A stretch of 64,000 nt of DNA from Squalus acanthias (taxonomy: Eukaryota): NCBI GenBank assembly GCA_030390025.1, contig JASTWF010000033.1, forward strand, positions 560,001 to 624,000, written 5' to 3'. How positions within the stretch are numbered: position 1 is the first letter of the stretch; each line of letters begins with the position of its first letter. This document shows positions 1 through 10,750 of the stretch, piece after piece. The position numbers and the translations under genes were made by a program. The notes beneath the pieces were generated by a model that did no database searches, had not been told where the DNA came from, and was given only the letters and a program-made list of their open reading frames with translations.

Positions 1-463
1 AATGGGCGGATTGTCTTATGAGGAAAGGTTGGACAGGCTAGGTTTGTATCCGCTTGAGTTTAGCAGAGAAAGAGGTGACTTGATTGAAACATATAAGATC
101 CTAAGGGGTCTGGACAGGGTGGATGTGGAGAGGATGATTCCTCTTGTGGGAGAATCTAGAACTAGGGGTCACAGATTAAAAATAATGGGCCGCCCATTTA
201 AGACAGAGATGAAGAGAATTTTTCTCACAGAGGGTCGTGAGTCTTTGGAACTCTCTTCCTCAGAGGGAGGTAGAAGCAGAGTCTTTGAATATTTTTAAGG
301 CAGAGGTAGATAGATTCTTCGTAAGCAAGAGGGTGAAAAGTTATCGGGGGTAGGCGGGAATGTGGAGTAATCGGATCAGCCATGATCTTATTGAATGGCA
401 GAGCAGGCTCGAAGGGCCGAGTGGCCTACTCCTGCTCCTAATTCGTATGTTCGGATGTTCGTA
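1..463 (+). mobile_element. CR1 LINE 3' fragment (end of ORF2 plus 3' tail)
   Basis: ORF 2..298 reads GLSYEERLDRLGLYPLE...RTRGH, the CR1 ORF2 C-terminus; followed by the tail CAGCCATGATCTTATTGAATGG...CCTACTCCTGCTCC and 8-mer repeats. Confidence 0.9.
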
Positions 464-613
464 ATAAACATACTTCGCACAATAACAGCAAGTGGGTCAG
501 GTTATCCATATCAGTCAGATGGAATACCTGTGAGGTAAAAAGTTGTGTTTGATTCTTACGTTATATTTGCTTCAATTATTTCCTTTTATTTCTAGTTTTA
601 AACCGGGACAACC

Positions 614-2335
614 ATAGAGTCATAGAGTCATAGAGTTATACAGCACAGAAAGAGGCCCTTCGGCCCATCGTGTCTGCGCCGGCCATCAAGCCCTGTCTAT
701 TCTAATCCCATTTTCCAGCACTTGGTCCGTAGCCTTGTATGCTATGGCGTTTCAAGTGCTCATCTAAATGCTTCTTGAATGTTGTGAGGGTTCCTGCCTC
801 TACCAACCTTTTAGGCAGTGAGTTCCAGATTCCAACCACCCTCTGGGTGAAAAATGTTTTCCTCAAATCCCCTCTAAACCTCCTGCCCCTTAACTTGAAA
901 CTATGCCCCCTGGTTATTGACCCCTCTACTAAGGGGAAAAGTTCCTTTCTATCTACCCTATCTATGCCCCTCATAATTTTGTACACCTCAATCAGGACCC
1001 CCTCAGCCTTCGCTGCTCCAAGGAAAACAACCCCAGCCTGTCCAGTCTCCCTTCATAGCTGAAACGCTCCAGCCCAGGTAACATCCTGGTGAATCTTCTC
1101 TGCACCCACTCCAATGCAATCACATCCTTCCTATAGTGTGGCGACCAGAACTGCACACAGTATTCCAGCTGTGGCCTAACTAGCATTTTGTACAGCTCCA
1201 TCATAACCTTCCTGCTCTTATATTCTATGCCTTGGCTAATGAAGGCAAGTATCCCATATGCCTTCTTAACCACCTTATCTACCTGTCCTGCTGCCTTCAG
1301 GGATCTATGTACATGCACACCAAGGTCCCTCTGAATCCCTGTCCTTCCTAGGGTCCTACCATTCATTGTGTATTCCCTTGCCTTGTTAGTCTTCCCAAAA
1401 TGCACTCACAATTTTCAGGGTTAAATTCCATTTGCCACTGTTCTGCCCATCTGACCAACCCGTCTATATCGTCCTGTAGACTGAGGCTTCCCTCCTCGCT
1501 ATTAACCACTCTACCAATTTTCGTGTCGTCTGCGAACTTACTGATCATACCTCCTACATTCATATCTAAATCATTAATGTACACTACAAACAGCAACTGA
1601 CCCAGCACCGATCCCTGCGGTACACCACTGGACAAAGGCTTCCAGTCACAAAAACAACCTTTGACCATCACCTTCTGCCTCCTGCCACTAAGCCAATTTT
1701 GGATCCAATGTGTGTTAGGGGGGGATTAAATATGTGGGGTTATGGGGATAGGATGGGATATGTTAGGGGGAATTAAATACGTGGGGTGACGGGGGTAGGG
1801 TGGGATATGTGTACTGTGGGGATTAAAGCAGGGGACAGGGTACTGGATTTGGATGATCAGCCATGATCGTATTGAATGGTGGAGCAGGCTCGACGGGCCG
1901 AATGGCCTACTCCTGCTCCTAGATTCTATGTTTCTATGTTTCTAAATTGCCCTGGATCCCATGGGCACTTACCTTCTTGACCAGTCTCCCATGCGGGACT
2001 TAGTCAAAAGCCTTACTGAAGTCCATGTAGACTACATCAACTGCACTACTCTCATCCACACACCTAGTCACCCCCTCAAAAAATTCAATCAAATTGGTTA
2101 GACATGATCTCCCCCTGATTAATCCTTGCCTCTCCAAGTGGAGACTATTTTGGTCCCTCAGATTTTTTTCAAATTATTTTCCTACCACTGACGTTGGGCT
2201 CACTGGCCTGTAATTCACTGGTTTATCCCTACTACCCTTGTTGAATAATGGTACTACGTTAGCTGTCCGCCAGTCCTCTGGCACCTCCCCTGTGGCCAGA
2301 GAGGTTCTGAAAATGTGTGTCAGAGCCCCTGCAAT
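614..2335 (-). mobile_element. CR1 LINE fragment (RT region plus 3' tail), frameshifted and interrupted by a SINE
   Basis: (CATAGAGT)n tail at 614; minus ORFs contain [30 protein letters not shown] and NYRPVS. Confidence 0.9.
1711..1943 (+). mobile_element. 5'-truncated HE1/V-SINE-like element inserted in the CR1
   Basis: Matches the 3' half of the full SINE at 22651-23096; ends in a CR1-type tail with (TTTCTATG)n; host RT sequence resumes on both sides. Confidence 0.75.
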
Positions 2336-2417
2336 CTTCTCCCTTGCCAGAATAACGTCATCTCCTACACAAAGCCATGGGAAAATTACAAATTGAATTG
2401 GTAACTTTTCTTGCATT

Positions 2418-2585
2418 GCATAGGAGTACATAGGATTACATAGGATATACAGCACATAAACAGGCCATTCGGCCCAATCAGTCCATGCCAGCGTTTATGC
2501 TCCACTAGAGCCTCCTCCCGTCTTTCGACATCTAACTCTGTCAGCAGAACCCACTATTCCCTTCTCCCTCATATGACTATCAACC
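2418..2585 (-). mobile_element. LINE/SINE 3' tail fragment (CR1 type)
   Basis: (CATAGGAT)n-like repeats followed by ACAGGCCATTCGGCCC. Confidence 0.6.
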
Positions 2586-2977
2586 AGCTCTCCCGCAACC
2601 GGTGCGGTCTCCCTTCGAGCATTTCGGTGCCTTGTCTGTGAGGAAGTGTTCTGATTGTCCCGAAGCCGGTATTAGGTTTATATTCCTGATCTGCAGTAAC
2701 GAGAATCTTTCACTTGGCTCCGATCAGTTAAATTCACCGGTAACATCAGAGTAAATGTTTCAGTGTCTTAAACCAGGGAAAGGTGCCTGGACCGCCTCTG
2801 GTCAGTCGGGCAGTTCAGCTCTTCATTCTCCTCTCATTCCGTTTCCAAAAGAGTTTCTAAAGATTCACAAAACTGTTCACTGTATTTTCTTTTTGGGCTC
2901 TTTTCGATTTTCCCCGCTCCCAATTGTCACTATTTTCCAAATGTCGTCGCAATCCTCCGCCTTACATCATGTCCAGA

Positions 2978-3431
2978 GATGAGGGACTTCAGTGATGTGG
3001 AGAGGCTGGAGAAGCTGGGATTGTTCTCCTAATGGCAGAGAAGGTTAACGGGAGATTTAATAGAGGTGTTCACCAATATGGGCCGGGTGGGGCGTTGATG
3101 GAGCAGACAGGGAGAAACTGATTTTACTGGCAGGAGGATCGGTTACCAGAGGACACAGATTTAAGATAATCGGTAAAACAAAAAGCCAGGGAGGAGGCGA
3201 GGCGATTTTTTTTTACGCAGCGAGTTGTTATGATCTGGAATGCACTCCTTGAAAGGTCGGTGGAAGCTGATTCAATAGTATCTTTCAAAAGGGAATGTAA
3301 AAAGTAAAACATTGCAGGGCTAAGGGAAGAGCCGGAGAGTGGGACGAATTGGAAAGCTCTTTCAAAGAGCCGGCACAGCCACGATGGGCCGAATAGCCTC
3401 CTTTAGTGCTGTATGATTCTATGATTCTATG
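2978..3431 (+). mobile_element. Degenerate CR1 3' fragment
   Basis: Encodes RLEKLGLFS...TRGHRFK; ends in (TATGATTC)n. Confidence 0.8.
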
Positions 3432-3642
3432 TCCCATCCTTGACAGCAGCCCCTACCCACCTGAAGCGTTTCCCCACCTCTCCCGTGTGTGAGCTGTAAA
3501 ATGTAGTGGAGGAGAAGGATTGTCAGCTTTAAGTGTGGGACACATAGAAACATAGAAACATAGAAAATAGGTGCAGGAGTAGACCATTCGGTCCATCGAG
3601 CCTGCACCGCCATTCAATGCGTTCATGGCTGAACATGCTACC

Positions 3643-6590
3643 TCAGTACCCCATTCCTGCTTTCTCGCCATACCCCTTGATCCCCCTAGTTGTGAGTATT
3701 ATAGCTAACTCCCTTTTGAATATATTTAGCGAACTGGCCTCAACAACCTTCTGTGGTCGAGAATTCCACAGATTCACCACTCTCTGGGTGAAGAAGTTCC
3801 TCCTCATCTCAGTCTTAAATGGCTTCCCCTTTATCCTTAGACTGTGACCCCTGGTTTTAGTTTTCCCTAAAATTGGAAACAGTCTGCCCGCATCTAATTT
3901 GTCTAAACCAGTCAGGATTTTAGACGTCTCTGTAAGATCCCCCCTCATTCTTCTGAACTCCAGAGGATACAAGTTCAGTTGATCCAGTCTTTCTTGATAT
4001 GTCAGTCTGGCCATCCCAGGAATCAATCTAGTGAACCTTCGTTGCACTCCCTCAATAGCAAGAATGTCCTTCCTCAAGTTAGGAGACCAAAACAGCACAC
4101 AATACTCCAGGTGTGGCCTCACCAAGGCCCTGTACAACTGTAGCATCACCTCCCTACTCCTGTACTCAAATCCCCTTGCTATGAAGGCCATCATGCCATT
4201 TGCTTTCTTGACTGCCTGCTGCACTTGCCTTCCCACCTTCAGTGACTGATGTACCATGACGCCCAGGTCTCGTTGCACCTCCCCTTTCCCTAATCTGCCA
4301 CCATTCAGGTAATAGTCTGCCTCCCTATTTTTACCACCAAAGTGGATAACCTCACATTTATCCACATTGTACCTCATCTGCCATACATTTGCCCATTCAC
4401 CCAACCTGTCCAAGTCACTCTGTAGCCTCCTAGCATCCTCCTCATTGTTCACACTGCCTCCCAATTTAGTGTCATCCGCAAATTTGGAGATATTACAATT
4501 AATCCCTTCGTCCAAATCATTAAGATATAATGCAAACAGCTGGGGCCCCAGCACCGAACCCTGCGGTACCCCGCTGGTCACTGCCTGCCATTCTGAAAAG
4601 TACCCATTTACTCCTACTCTTTGTTTCCTGTGTGCCAACCAGTTCTCAATCCACGTCAACACATTACCCCCAATCCCATGTGCTTTAAATTTGCACACCA
4701 ATCTCTTGTGTGGGACCTTGTCGAAGGCCTTCTGAAAGTCCAAATACACCACATCTACTGGTTCCCCCCCCCGTCCACCCTATTGGAAACATCCTCAAAA
4801 AATTCCAGAAGATTTGTCAAGCATGATTTCCCTTTCACAAATCCATGCTGACTTGGACCTATCATGTCGCCACTTTCCAAATGGTCTGTTATGACATCTT
4901 TAATAATTGATTCCATCATTTTACCCACCAAGGATGTCAGGCTGACCGGTCTATAATTCCCTGCTTTCTCCCTCCCTCCTTTTTTAAAAAGAGGGGTTAC
5001 ATTAGCCACCCTCCACTCCTTCGGAACTGATCCAGAGTCTAAGGAATGTTGGAAAATGATCGTCAATGCATCCACTATTTCCAAGGCCACCTCCTTAAGT
5101 ACTCTGGGATGAAGACCATCAGGCCCTGGGGATTTATCAGCCTTCAGTCCCGTCAATTTCCCCAACACATTTTCCCGACTGATAAGGATTTCCCTCAGCT
5201 CCTCCCTCTTACCAGATCCTTTGATCTCTTTTATTTCCGGAAGGTTGTTTGTGTCCTCCACAGTAAACACCGAACCAAAGTACTTGTTCAATTGATCTGC
5301 CATTTCTTTGTTCCCCATTATGACTTCCCCTGTTTCTGACTGCAGGGGACCTACGTTTGTTTTTACTAACCTCTTTCTTTTTACATATTTATAGAAGCTT
5401 TTGCAGTCCGTTTTAATGTTCTCCGCAAGCTTCCTTTCATATTTTATTTTCCCTGCCCTAATCAAACCCTTCGTCCTCCTCTGCTGAGTTTTAAAGTTCT
5501 CCCAGTCCCCGGGTTTGCTGCTACTTCTGGCCAATTTGTATGCCACTTCCTTGCTTTTAATACTATCCCTGATTTCCCTTGTAAGCCATGGTTGAGCCAC
5601 CTTCCCTTTTTTATTTTTACGCCAGACAGGGATGTACAATTGCTATAGTTCATCCATGCGATCTCTAAATGTCTGCCATTGCCCTTCCACTGATAACCCC
5701 TTAAATATCGCTTGCCAATCTAACCTTGCCAATTCACGCCTCATACCCTCAAAGTTGCCCTTATTTAAGTTTTGGACCATGGTCTCTGAATTAACTGTTT
5801 CCTTCTCCATCCTAATGTAGAACTCCACCATACTATGGTCACTCTTCCCCAAGGGGCCTCGCACCACAAGATTGCTGATTAGTCCTTCCTCATTACACAA
5901 CACCCAGTCCAGGATGGCCTCCCCTATAGTTGGTTCCTCAACATATTGGTTTAGGAAACCATCCCTTAAACACTCCAGGAAATCCTCCTCCACCGTATTG
6001 CTTCCAGGTTGAGTAGCCCAATCTATATGCATATTAAAGTCACCCATGATAACTGCTGCGCCTTTTTTGCATGCACCTCTGATTTCCTGTTTCATACCCT
6101 CCCCCACCTCACTACTACTGTTTGGAGGTCTGTACACAACCCCCACTAACGTTTTCTGCCCTTTGGTGTTCTGCAGCTCAAGCCATATTGATTCCACATC
6201 CTCCAAGCTAATGTCCTTCCTAGCTATTGCATTAATCTCCTTTTTAACCAGCAATGCTACCCCAACCCCTTTTCCTTTTATTCAATCCTTCCTGAATGTT
6301 GAATACCCCTGGATATTCAGTTCCCAGCCTTGATTGTTCTGGAGCCACGTCTCTGTAATCCCAATCACATCATATCCGTTAACATCAATTTGCACAGTCA
6401 ATTCATCCACCTTATTACGGATACTCCTTGCATTAAGACACAGAGCCTTCAGGCTTGTTTTATTAACAGCCTTTGTCCTTTTAGACTTATGATTTAGTAT
6501 GGCCTTTTGTGTTTCTTGCCTTTGTTAACTCGGATTTCCCTTATTGTTTCGCATCCTTCTAACATTTGTTTCTGACTGCATATTACTTCA
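3643..6590 (-). pseudogene. CR1 ORF2 (AP endonuclease plus reverse transcriptase), disrupted
   Basis: GVVYRPP, MGDFN, SDH, QHGF, GVPQGS and FADD motifs; in-frame TGA at 6282-6284, TAG at 5643-5645, and a frameshift in a G9 run near 4763; start approximate. Confidence 0.9.
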
Positions 6591-6628
6591 CCCTGTTTCG
6601 CTACATAGGTTCCCATTCCCCTGCCATA

Positions 6629-7573
6629 TTAGTTTAAATCCTCCCGAACTGCCTTAGCAAATATTACCCCGAGGACATCGGTTCCAGTCCTGCCCAAGTG
6701 CAGACCGTCCCTTTTGTACAGGTCCCACTTCCCCCAGAACCGTTTGCAATGCCTCAGGTATTTGTATCCCTCCCTCCTGCACCACTGCTCAAGCCACGTA
6801 TTTAATCTCGCTATCCTGTTCATGCTACTCTGATTAGCACGTGGCACTGGTAGCAACCCAGAGATTACTACCTTTGAGGTTCTACTTTTCAATTTAGCTC
6901 CTAGCTCCCTAAATTCTGCTTGTAGGACCTCTTCCCGCTTTTTACCTATATCGTTGGTACCTACATGCACCACGACAGCTGGCTCTTCACCCACCCTTTC
7001 CAGAATTTTCTGCAGCCGCTCCGAGACATCCTTGATCCTTGCACCAGGGAGGCAACATACCATCCTGGAATGTCGGTTGCGGCCACAGAAACTCCTGTCT
7101 ATTCCCCTTACAATTGAGTCCCCTATCACTATAGCTCTACCACTCTTTTTCCCGCCCTGCTGTGCAGCAGAGCCAGCCATGGTGCCATGAACCTGGCTGC
7201 TGGTGCCTTCCCCTGGTAGGTCATTTTCCCCAACAGTACCCAAAACGGTATATCTGTTTTGGAGGGAGACGACCGCAGGGGACTCCTGCACTACCTTCCT
7301 GATATTGCCCTGCCTCTTGGTCACCCGTTTACTGTCTGACCTAGCCTTTACCCGCGGTATGTTCAACTCACTAAATGAGTAATCCACAAAGTTCTCGGCA
7401 TCGTGGATGCTCCAGAGTGAGTCCATCCACAGCTCCAGTGCCGCCATGCGGTCCGTCAGGAGCTGCAGCTGGACGCACTTCCTACACACATAGTTGTCAG
7501 GGATACTGGAAGTGTCCCTGATTTCCCACATAGCACAGGAGGAGCACGACACGGTTCCGAGATTTCCTGCCAT
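6629..7573 (-). CDS. CR1 ORF1p: N-terminal zinc finger plus SGNH/GDSL esterase-like domain, 314 aa, open
   Basis: CSSC...CRKC finger; IVIGDSIVRG, HVGTND and DGLHL SGNH blocks. Confidence 0.9.
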   Translation of the reverse strand: MAGNLGTVSCSSCAMWEIRDTSSIPDNYVCRKCVQLQLLTDRMAALELWMDSLWSIHDAENFVDYSFSELNIPRVKARSDSKRVTKRQGNIRKVVQESPAVVSLQNRYTVLGTVGENDLPGEGTSSQVHGTMAGSAAQQGGKKSGRAIVIGDSIVRGIDRSFCGRNRHSRMVCCLPGARIKDVSERLQKILERVGEEPAVVVHVGTNDIGKKREEVLQAEFRELGAKLKSRTSKVVISGLLPVPRANQSSMNRIARLNTWLEQWCRREGYKYLRHCKRFWGKWDLYKRDGLHLGRTGTDVLGVIFAKAVREDLN

Positions 7574-8128
7574 GACTTAACCCTTATATTACTTTATTAA
7601 GTTAAGTCCCTGAAAACAAAATATAAATCGAACCTACCTTTTAAATTCCCTCTACCCCTAAAGGTTAGAGGAGGTGGGAGGGTGGGAGACACAACTAGTG
7701 TAGTGTCTCGTGTTTAGCAACAGCTCCACCTATATACGGGTACCAATGAATTGGCCCCGCCCTCTGACTTTGACACCTGCTGATTGATTAGAAAACTGGT
7801 TTCCACTGCCTGCTGTGCCAATTTACTGCTACTGCAGTGTAACATTGTTTTACTCTTCTTAAACCAACAGAATCCCCAATAGTTAACTTTTCCCCTTCAC
7901 TTAAACTGCTTAAGTACTCTTATCAAGAATGATTTAAAGAGAACTAACAATTAAAGAACTACTCCCACTTACCCAAACTCACAGCACTCTCTGCTGACTT
8001 GCACTCAGTGCTGGCTCGCACTCACAATGGTCTTTTTTGATGTTGTTTTAGTTGAACCAACACATTCCCGATCAGCACAGAGGGAGTTCACTGATCAGTT
8101 CCCCTCTGTTGTAACTGCCCCGCCAGCG

Positions 8129-8201
8129 GTTTCCGTGGTGTGGTGGTTATCACGTTCGCTTTACACGTGAAAGGTCTCCGGTTCAATCCCAGGTGGATTC
8201 A
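8129..8201 (+). tRNA. tRNA-Val(TAC)-like gene, degenerate acceptor stem (probable pseudogene)
   Basis: GTTTCCGTGGTGTGGTGGTTATCACGTTCGCTTTACACGTGAAAGG...GGTTCAATCC, followed by a T-run; two T-T mismatches in the acceptor stem. Confidence 0.8.
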
Positions 8202-8685
8202 TCTTGTTTTAACTTGTTGTGGATGAACATCTCGAGGCGAGTTTATTCTCCTGTCAAAAGGGCTACATTGGCTGCTCCCTTATTCATTTATTGCTCTTTC
8301 TTTCACTTCACTATATAGATAACTTTGAGTGAGAGAATACTGATCAACAGTGACGCCCATTTAATCTTTTGATCGCTTTGGGAATCTCCGAATCCCTCCC
8401 CGGTAAAGTTCAGAAATGTAATTCATTAATCTGCACGGTGGCCGTCAGTAAGAAGCCTTTTCTGTCTGGATCCGGGAGCGGAGCTGGTTTGAGGCTGAAG
8501 ATTGCCGCTACTGTCGATAGATTTTTGTTGGGTAAGGGTATTAAGGGTATTACTGAACCTAAGCGGGTAGATGGAGTTCAGATACAGATCAGCCCGTGAT
8601 CTAATTGAATGGCGGGACAGGCTCGAGGGGCTGAATGGCCTCCTCCTCTTCCTATTGAGTCGCTGCAATGCACCCGAGTGTTGAG

Positions 8686-8759
8686 GTTTTCCGGTGTGTA
8701 GTGAGTATCGCATTCCGCTAACACACGACAACTCAACGGTTCGAAAGTGGGTAGAGGCA
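8686..8759 (+). pseudogene. tRNA-Val(AAC) pseudogene
   Basis: GTTTTCCGGTGTGTAGTGAGTATCGCATTCCGCTAACACACGA...GGTTCGAA; stems disrupted. Confidence 0.65.
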
Positions 8760-9160
8760 ACCTGATGGCTTTTTTCCTTTCAAGTTTAGTAAATATGAAA
8801 ACTGGCACAATTTACATGTTTGGTTAAGTATGAATAAAATAGGCTTTGACAGGCGAATTATGCCACTGAAATTGCATAGTTACAGTGAGCGAAGTAATTC
8901 TCAATGATATTTCCCATATAGGACACAGTTTTGGTTGCATACTATAAGGTTTTTTGGGGAAAGTTGGCGCTGATTTAGGGAATCTCATCCTCGCGTGTCG
9001 TTACTGAAGATGTGGACATATTTTATTTAAAAATTGAGGCTCGGAACCTTCTCATTGAGAATGTGGGAGCAGAACAACACAGATTAATAGGAAAACACAG
9101 GGTCAGCGATAGGATTAAAATTGCAGTTTCAATCGGTCTGTATCTCTATTTTTTTAATAA

Positions 9161-9235
9161 GTTGGTCTCGGGTTGTGATTCTCGCTTCGGGGTTGTTGGT
9201 TTATTTTGCAAGAGTTCCCGGATTCAAAGTCCGCG
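9161..9235 (+). pseudogene. tRNA-Pro(CGG) pseudogene with 15-nt intron-like insert (9192-9206)
   Basis: GTTGGTCTCGGGTTGTGATTCTCGCTT-CGG-G[GTTGTTGGTTTATTT]TGCAAGAG.TCCCGGATTCAAA aligns to vertebrate tRNA-Pro; acceptor ends lost. Confidence 0.7.
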
Positions 9236-9544
9236 TTTTGACCTTGCAGTTGAACCTTTTGCAAGAAAGACTTGTCTTTCTACAGCGCCTTTCATGCCAC
9301 TCAGGACATCACACCTGGTTCGCGTCGAAATTGATCCCAACGAGAGTGATGTGATTCGGCTAGGGAAATCACGGAGCTTTTCAGGAGGTTACTCACTTTG
9401 GAATGAAATATGATCTCATAAATTCGATTGGGGAAATATTAGTGAAAGAGAGTCAGCGGAGAGAGAGAGAGAATTAGCAGTTCAATTTCTCGTTTGATAC
9501 GTTCTTTCCTGCTTGTGGCTGGCGATGTAACTGAAGGCAGTGTG

Positions 9545-9602
9545 GGTCCCATGGTGTAATGGTGAGCACTCTGGACTCTGAGTTCAAATCTCAGTGGAAC
9601 AT
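9545..9602 (+). pseudogene. tRNA-Gln(CTG) pseudogene with 14-nt internal deletion
   Basis: GGTCCCATGGTGTAATGGTGAGCACTCTGGACTCTGA^GTTCAAATCTCAGTGGAAC; the 3' anticodon stem and variable loop are missing. Confidence 0.8.
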
Positions 9603-9911
9603 GTTTTGTATCAATCTCGATAATTCCCAGGTAAATTGCGACACTTTTTAAAATCTGCAGACAGATCGATTCTAGAAAATAACATTCCACAAGCCTCCAA
9701 GCCTGAGCTGCTATTGCAATCCATGTTACTGGAGCTCTGAGTCCAGCTCCTGCCACAATGACAGAATGCTGTTCTTGGCGGAGATTGTTGAAACGGTGCG
9801 TCTCTTTGCGTCAGACCACAAGTCCCACTGAGCAGGAGTTAGGAAAGATTCCAGTGGCTGTGAATGGGAGGAGAGCTGGAGAAAACAGAGTTGGCTCAAG
9901 CAGCGGGTATG

Positions 9912-9983
9912 TGTTCCTTGGTGTAATGCTGAGTACTCTGGACTTTGAATCCAGTGATCTGAGTTTAAATCTCGGTGGAACCT
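9912..9983 (+). tRNA. tRNA-Gln(TTG)-like gene, full length but with substitutions at G1 and in the A and B boxes
   Basis: TGTTCCTTGGTGTAATGCTGAGTACTCTGGACTTTGAATCCAGTGATCTGAGTTTAAATCTCGGTGGAACCT. Confidence 0.8.
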
Positions 9984-10654
9984 GATTTCTTCTTGTCCCA
10001 GCTGTTGGAAAATTTAGAACAAAGAAGTAAAAGGCAGCTGAGCCAATCGCTTCTCTGGGCAGTTTGCTGCCTGAATCAATGAGGATTGATCTCGTTACAA
10101 ATCATTGGAAGAGAAAATTTGCTGTCCAATGCAGGGCTTGACTGCTCAACAGAATGCTGTTTGATGAAATGGTCATTTCCATCTGCATTCAGCTGGTAGA
10201 CATGAAGAACTTCAAAGCAGTGCTTCCTGAAATGCAAGCATTGCATGTATTGTGTTCTCGCCCTCGAGCAAATTTTACATTGTCTTTTCAAGATTTGTGC
10301 ATCAGTTCCTTGCAATGCTTATACACTTTCTATCTGGTAAGACTGTAATATAAGCTGTGTTGTGCAGTGTGATTTGCTCAGCATCGACACTTAGCGGAGT
10401 GTTAAGTCTTGTATCTATAGCTATGGATGAGAAAAGGCCGAGTCAAAGTGGAATAGTGGAGATAACCTTGTCCACTATTTTCAATTTTGCTGGGCGGAAA
10501 GGTTTGCAAGTAGCCTTGAGGGGGCAGCGATGTATCGTCATTGAGTGCTGGTCCCCGCCACAAACTCCGTTCCCTGGCCACCGACTCCATCCATATCCCT
10601 GGCCACTGTCTGAGGCTGAACCAGTTTGTTCGCGACCTTGGTGTCGTATTTCAC

Positions 10655-10750
10655 CCAGCTGGCGCAGTGGGATTTAAACTCACGGCCCCGGATCATTAGT
10701 CCAGGCCACTGGATTACTGGTCGAGTAACAGAACCACTGTGACGCCATAC
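10655..10750 (-). mobile_element. tRNA-derived SINE head fragment
   Basis: Minus strand CACAGTGGTT...ACTAATGATCCGGGG...GAGTTTAAATCCC; same head as at 50820. Confidence 0.5.

Larger units (their letters stand above)
3543..8023 (-). mobile_element. Full-length (about 4.5 kb) CR1 LINE
   Basis: (CATAGAAA)n tail at 3543, ORF2 (APE plus RT), intact ORF1, 5' UTR; possible 3-bp TSD ACA (3540-3542 / 8024-8026); 5' boundary less certain. Confidence 0.9.

Noticed and set aside
4031..7190. Plus-strand ORFs overlapping the CR1
   Set aside because: Antisense shadows of CR1 ORF1 and ORF2 with no independent support
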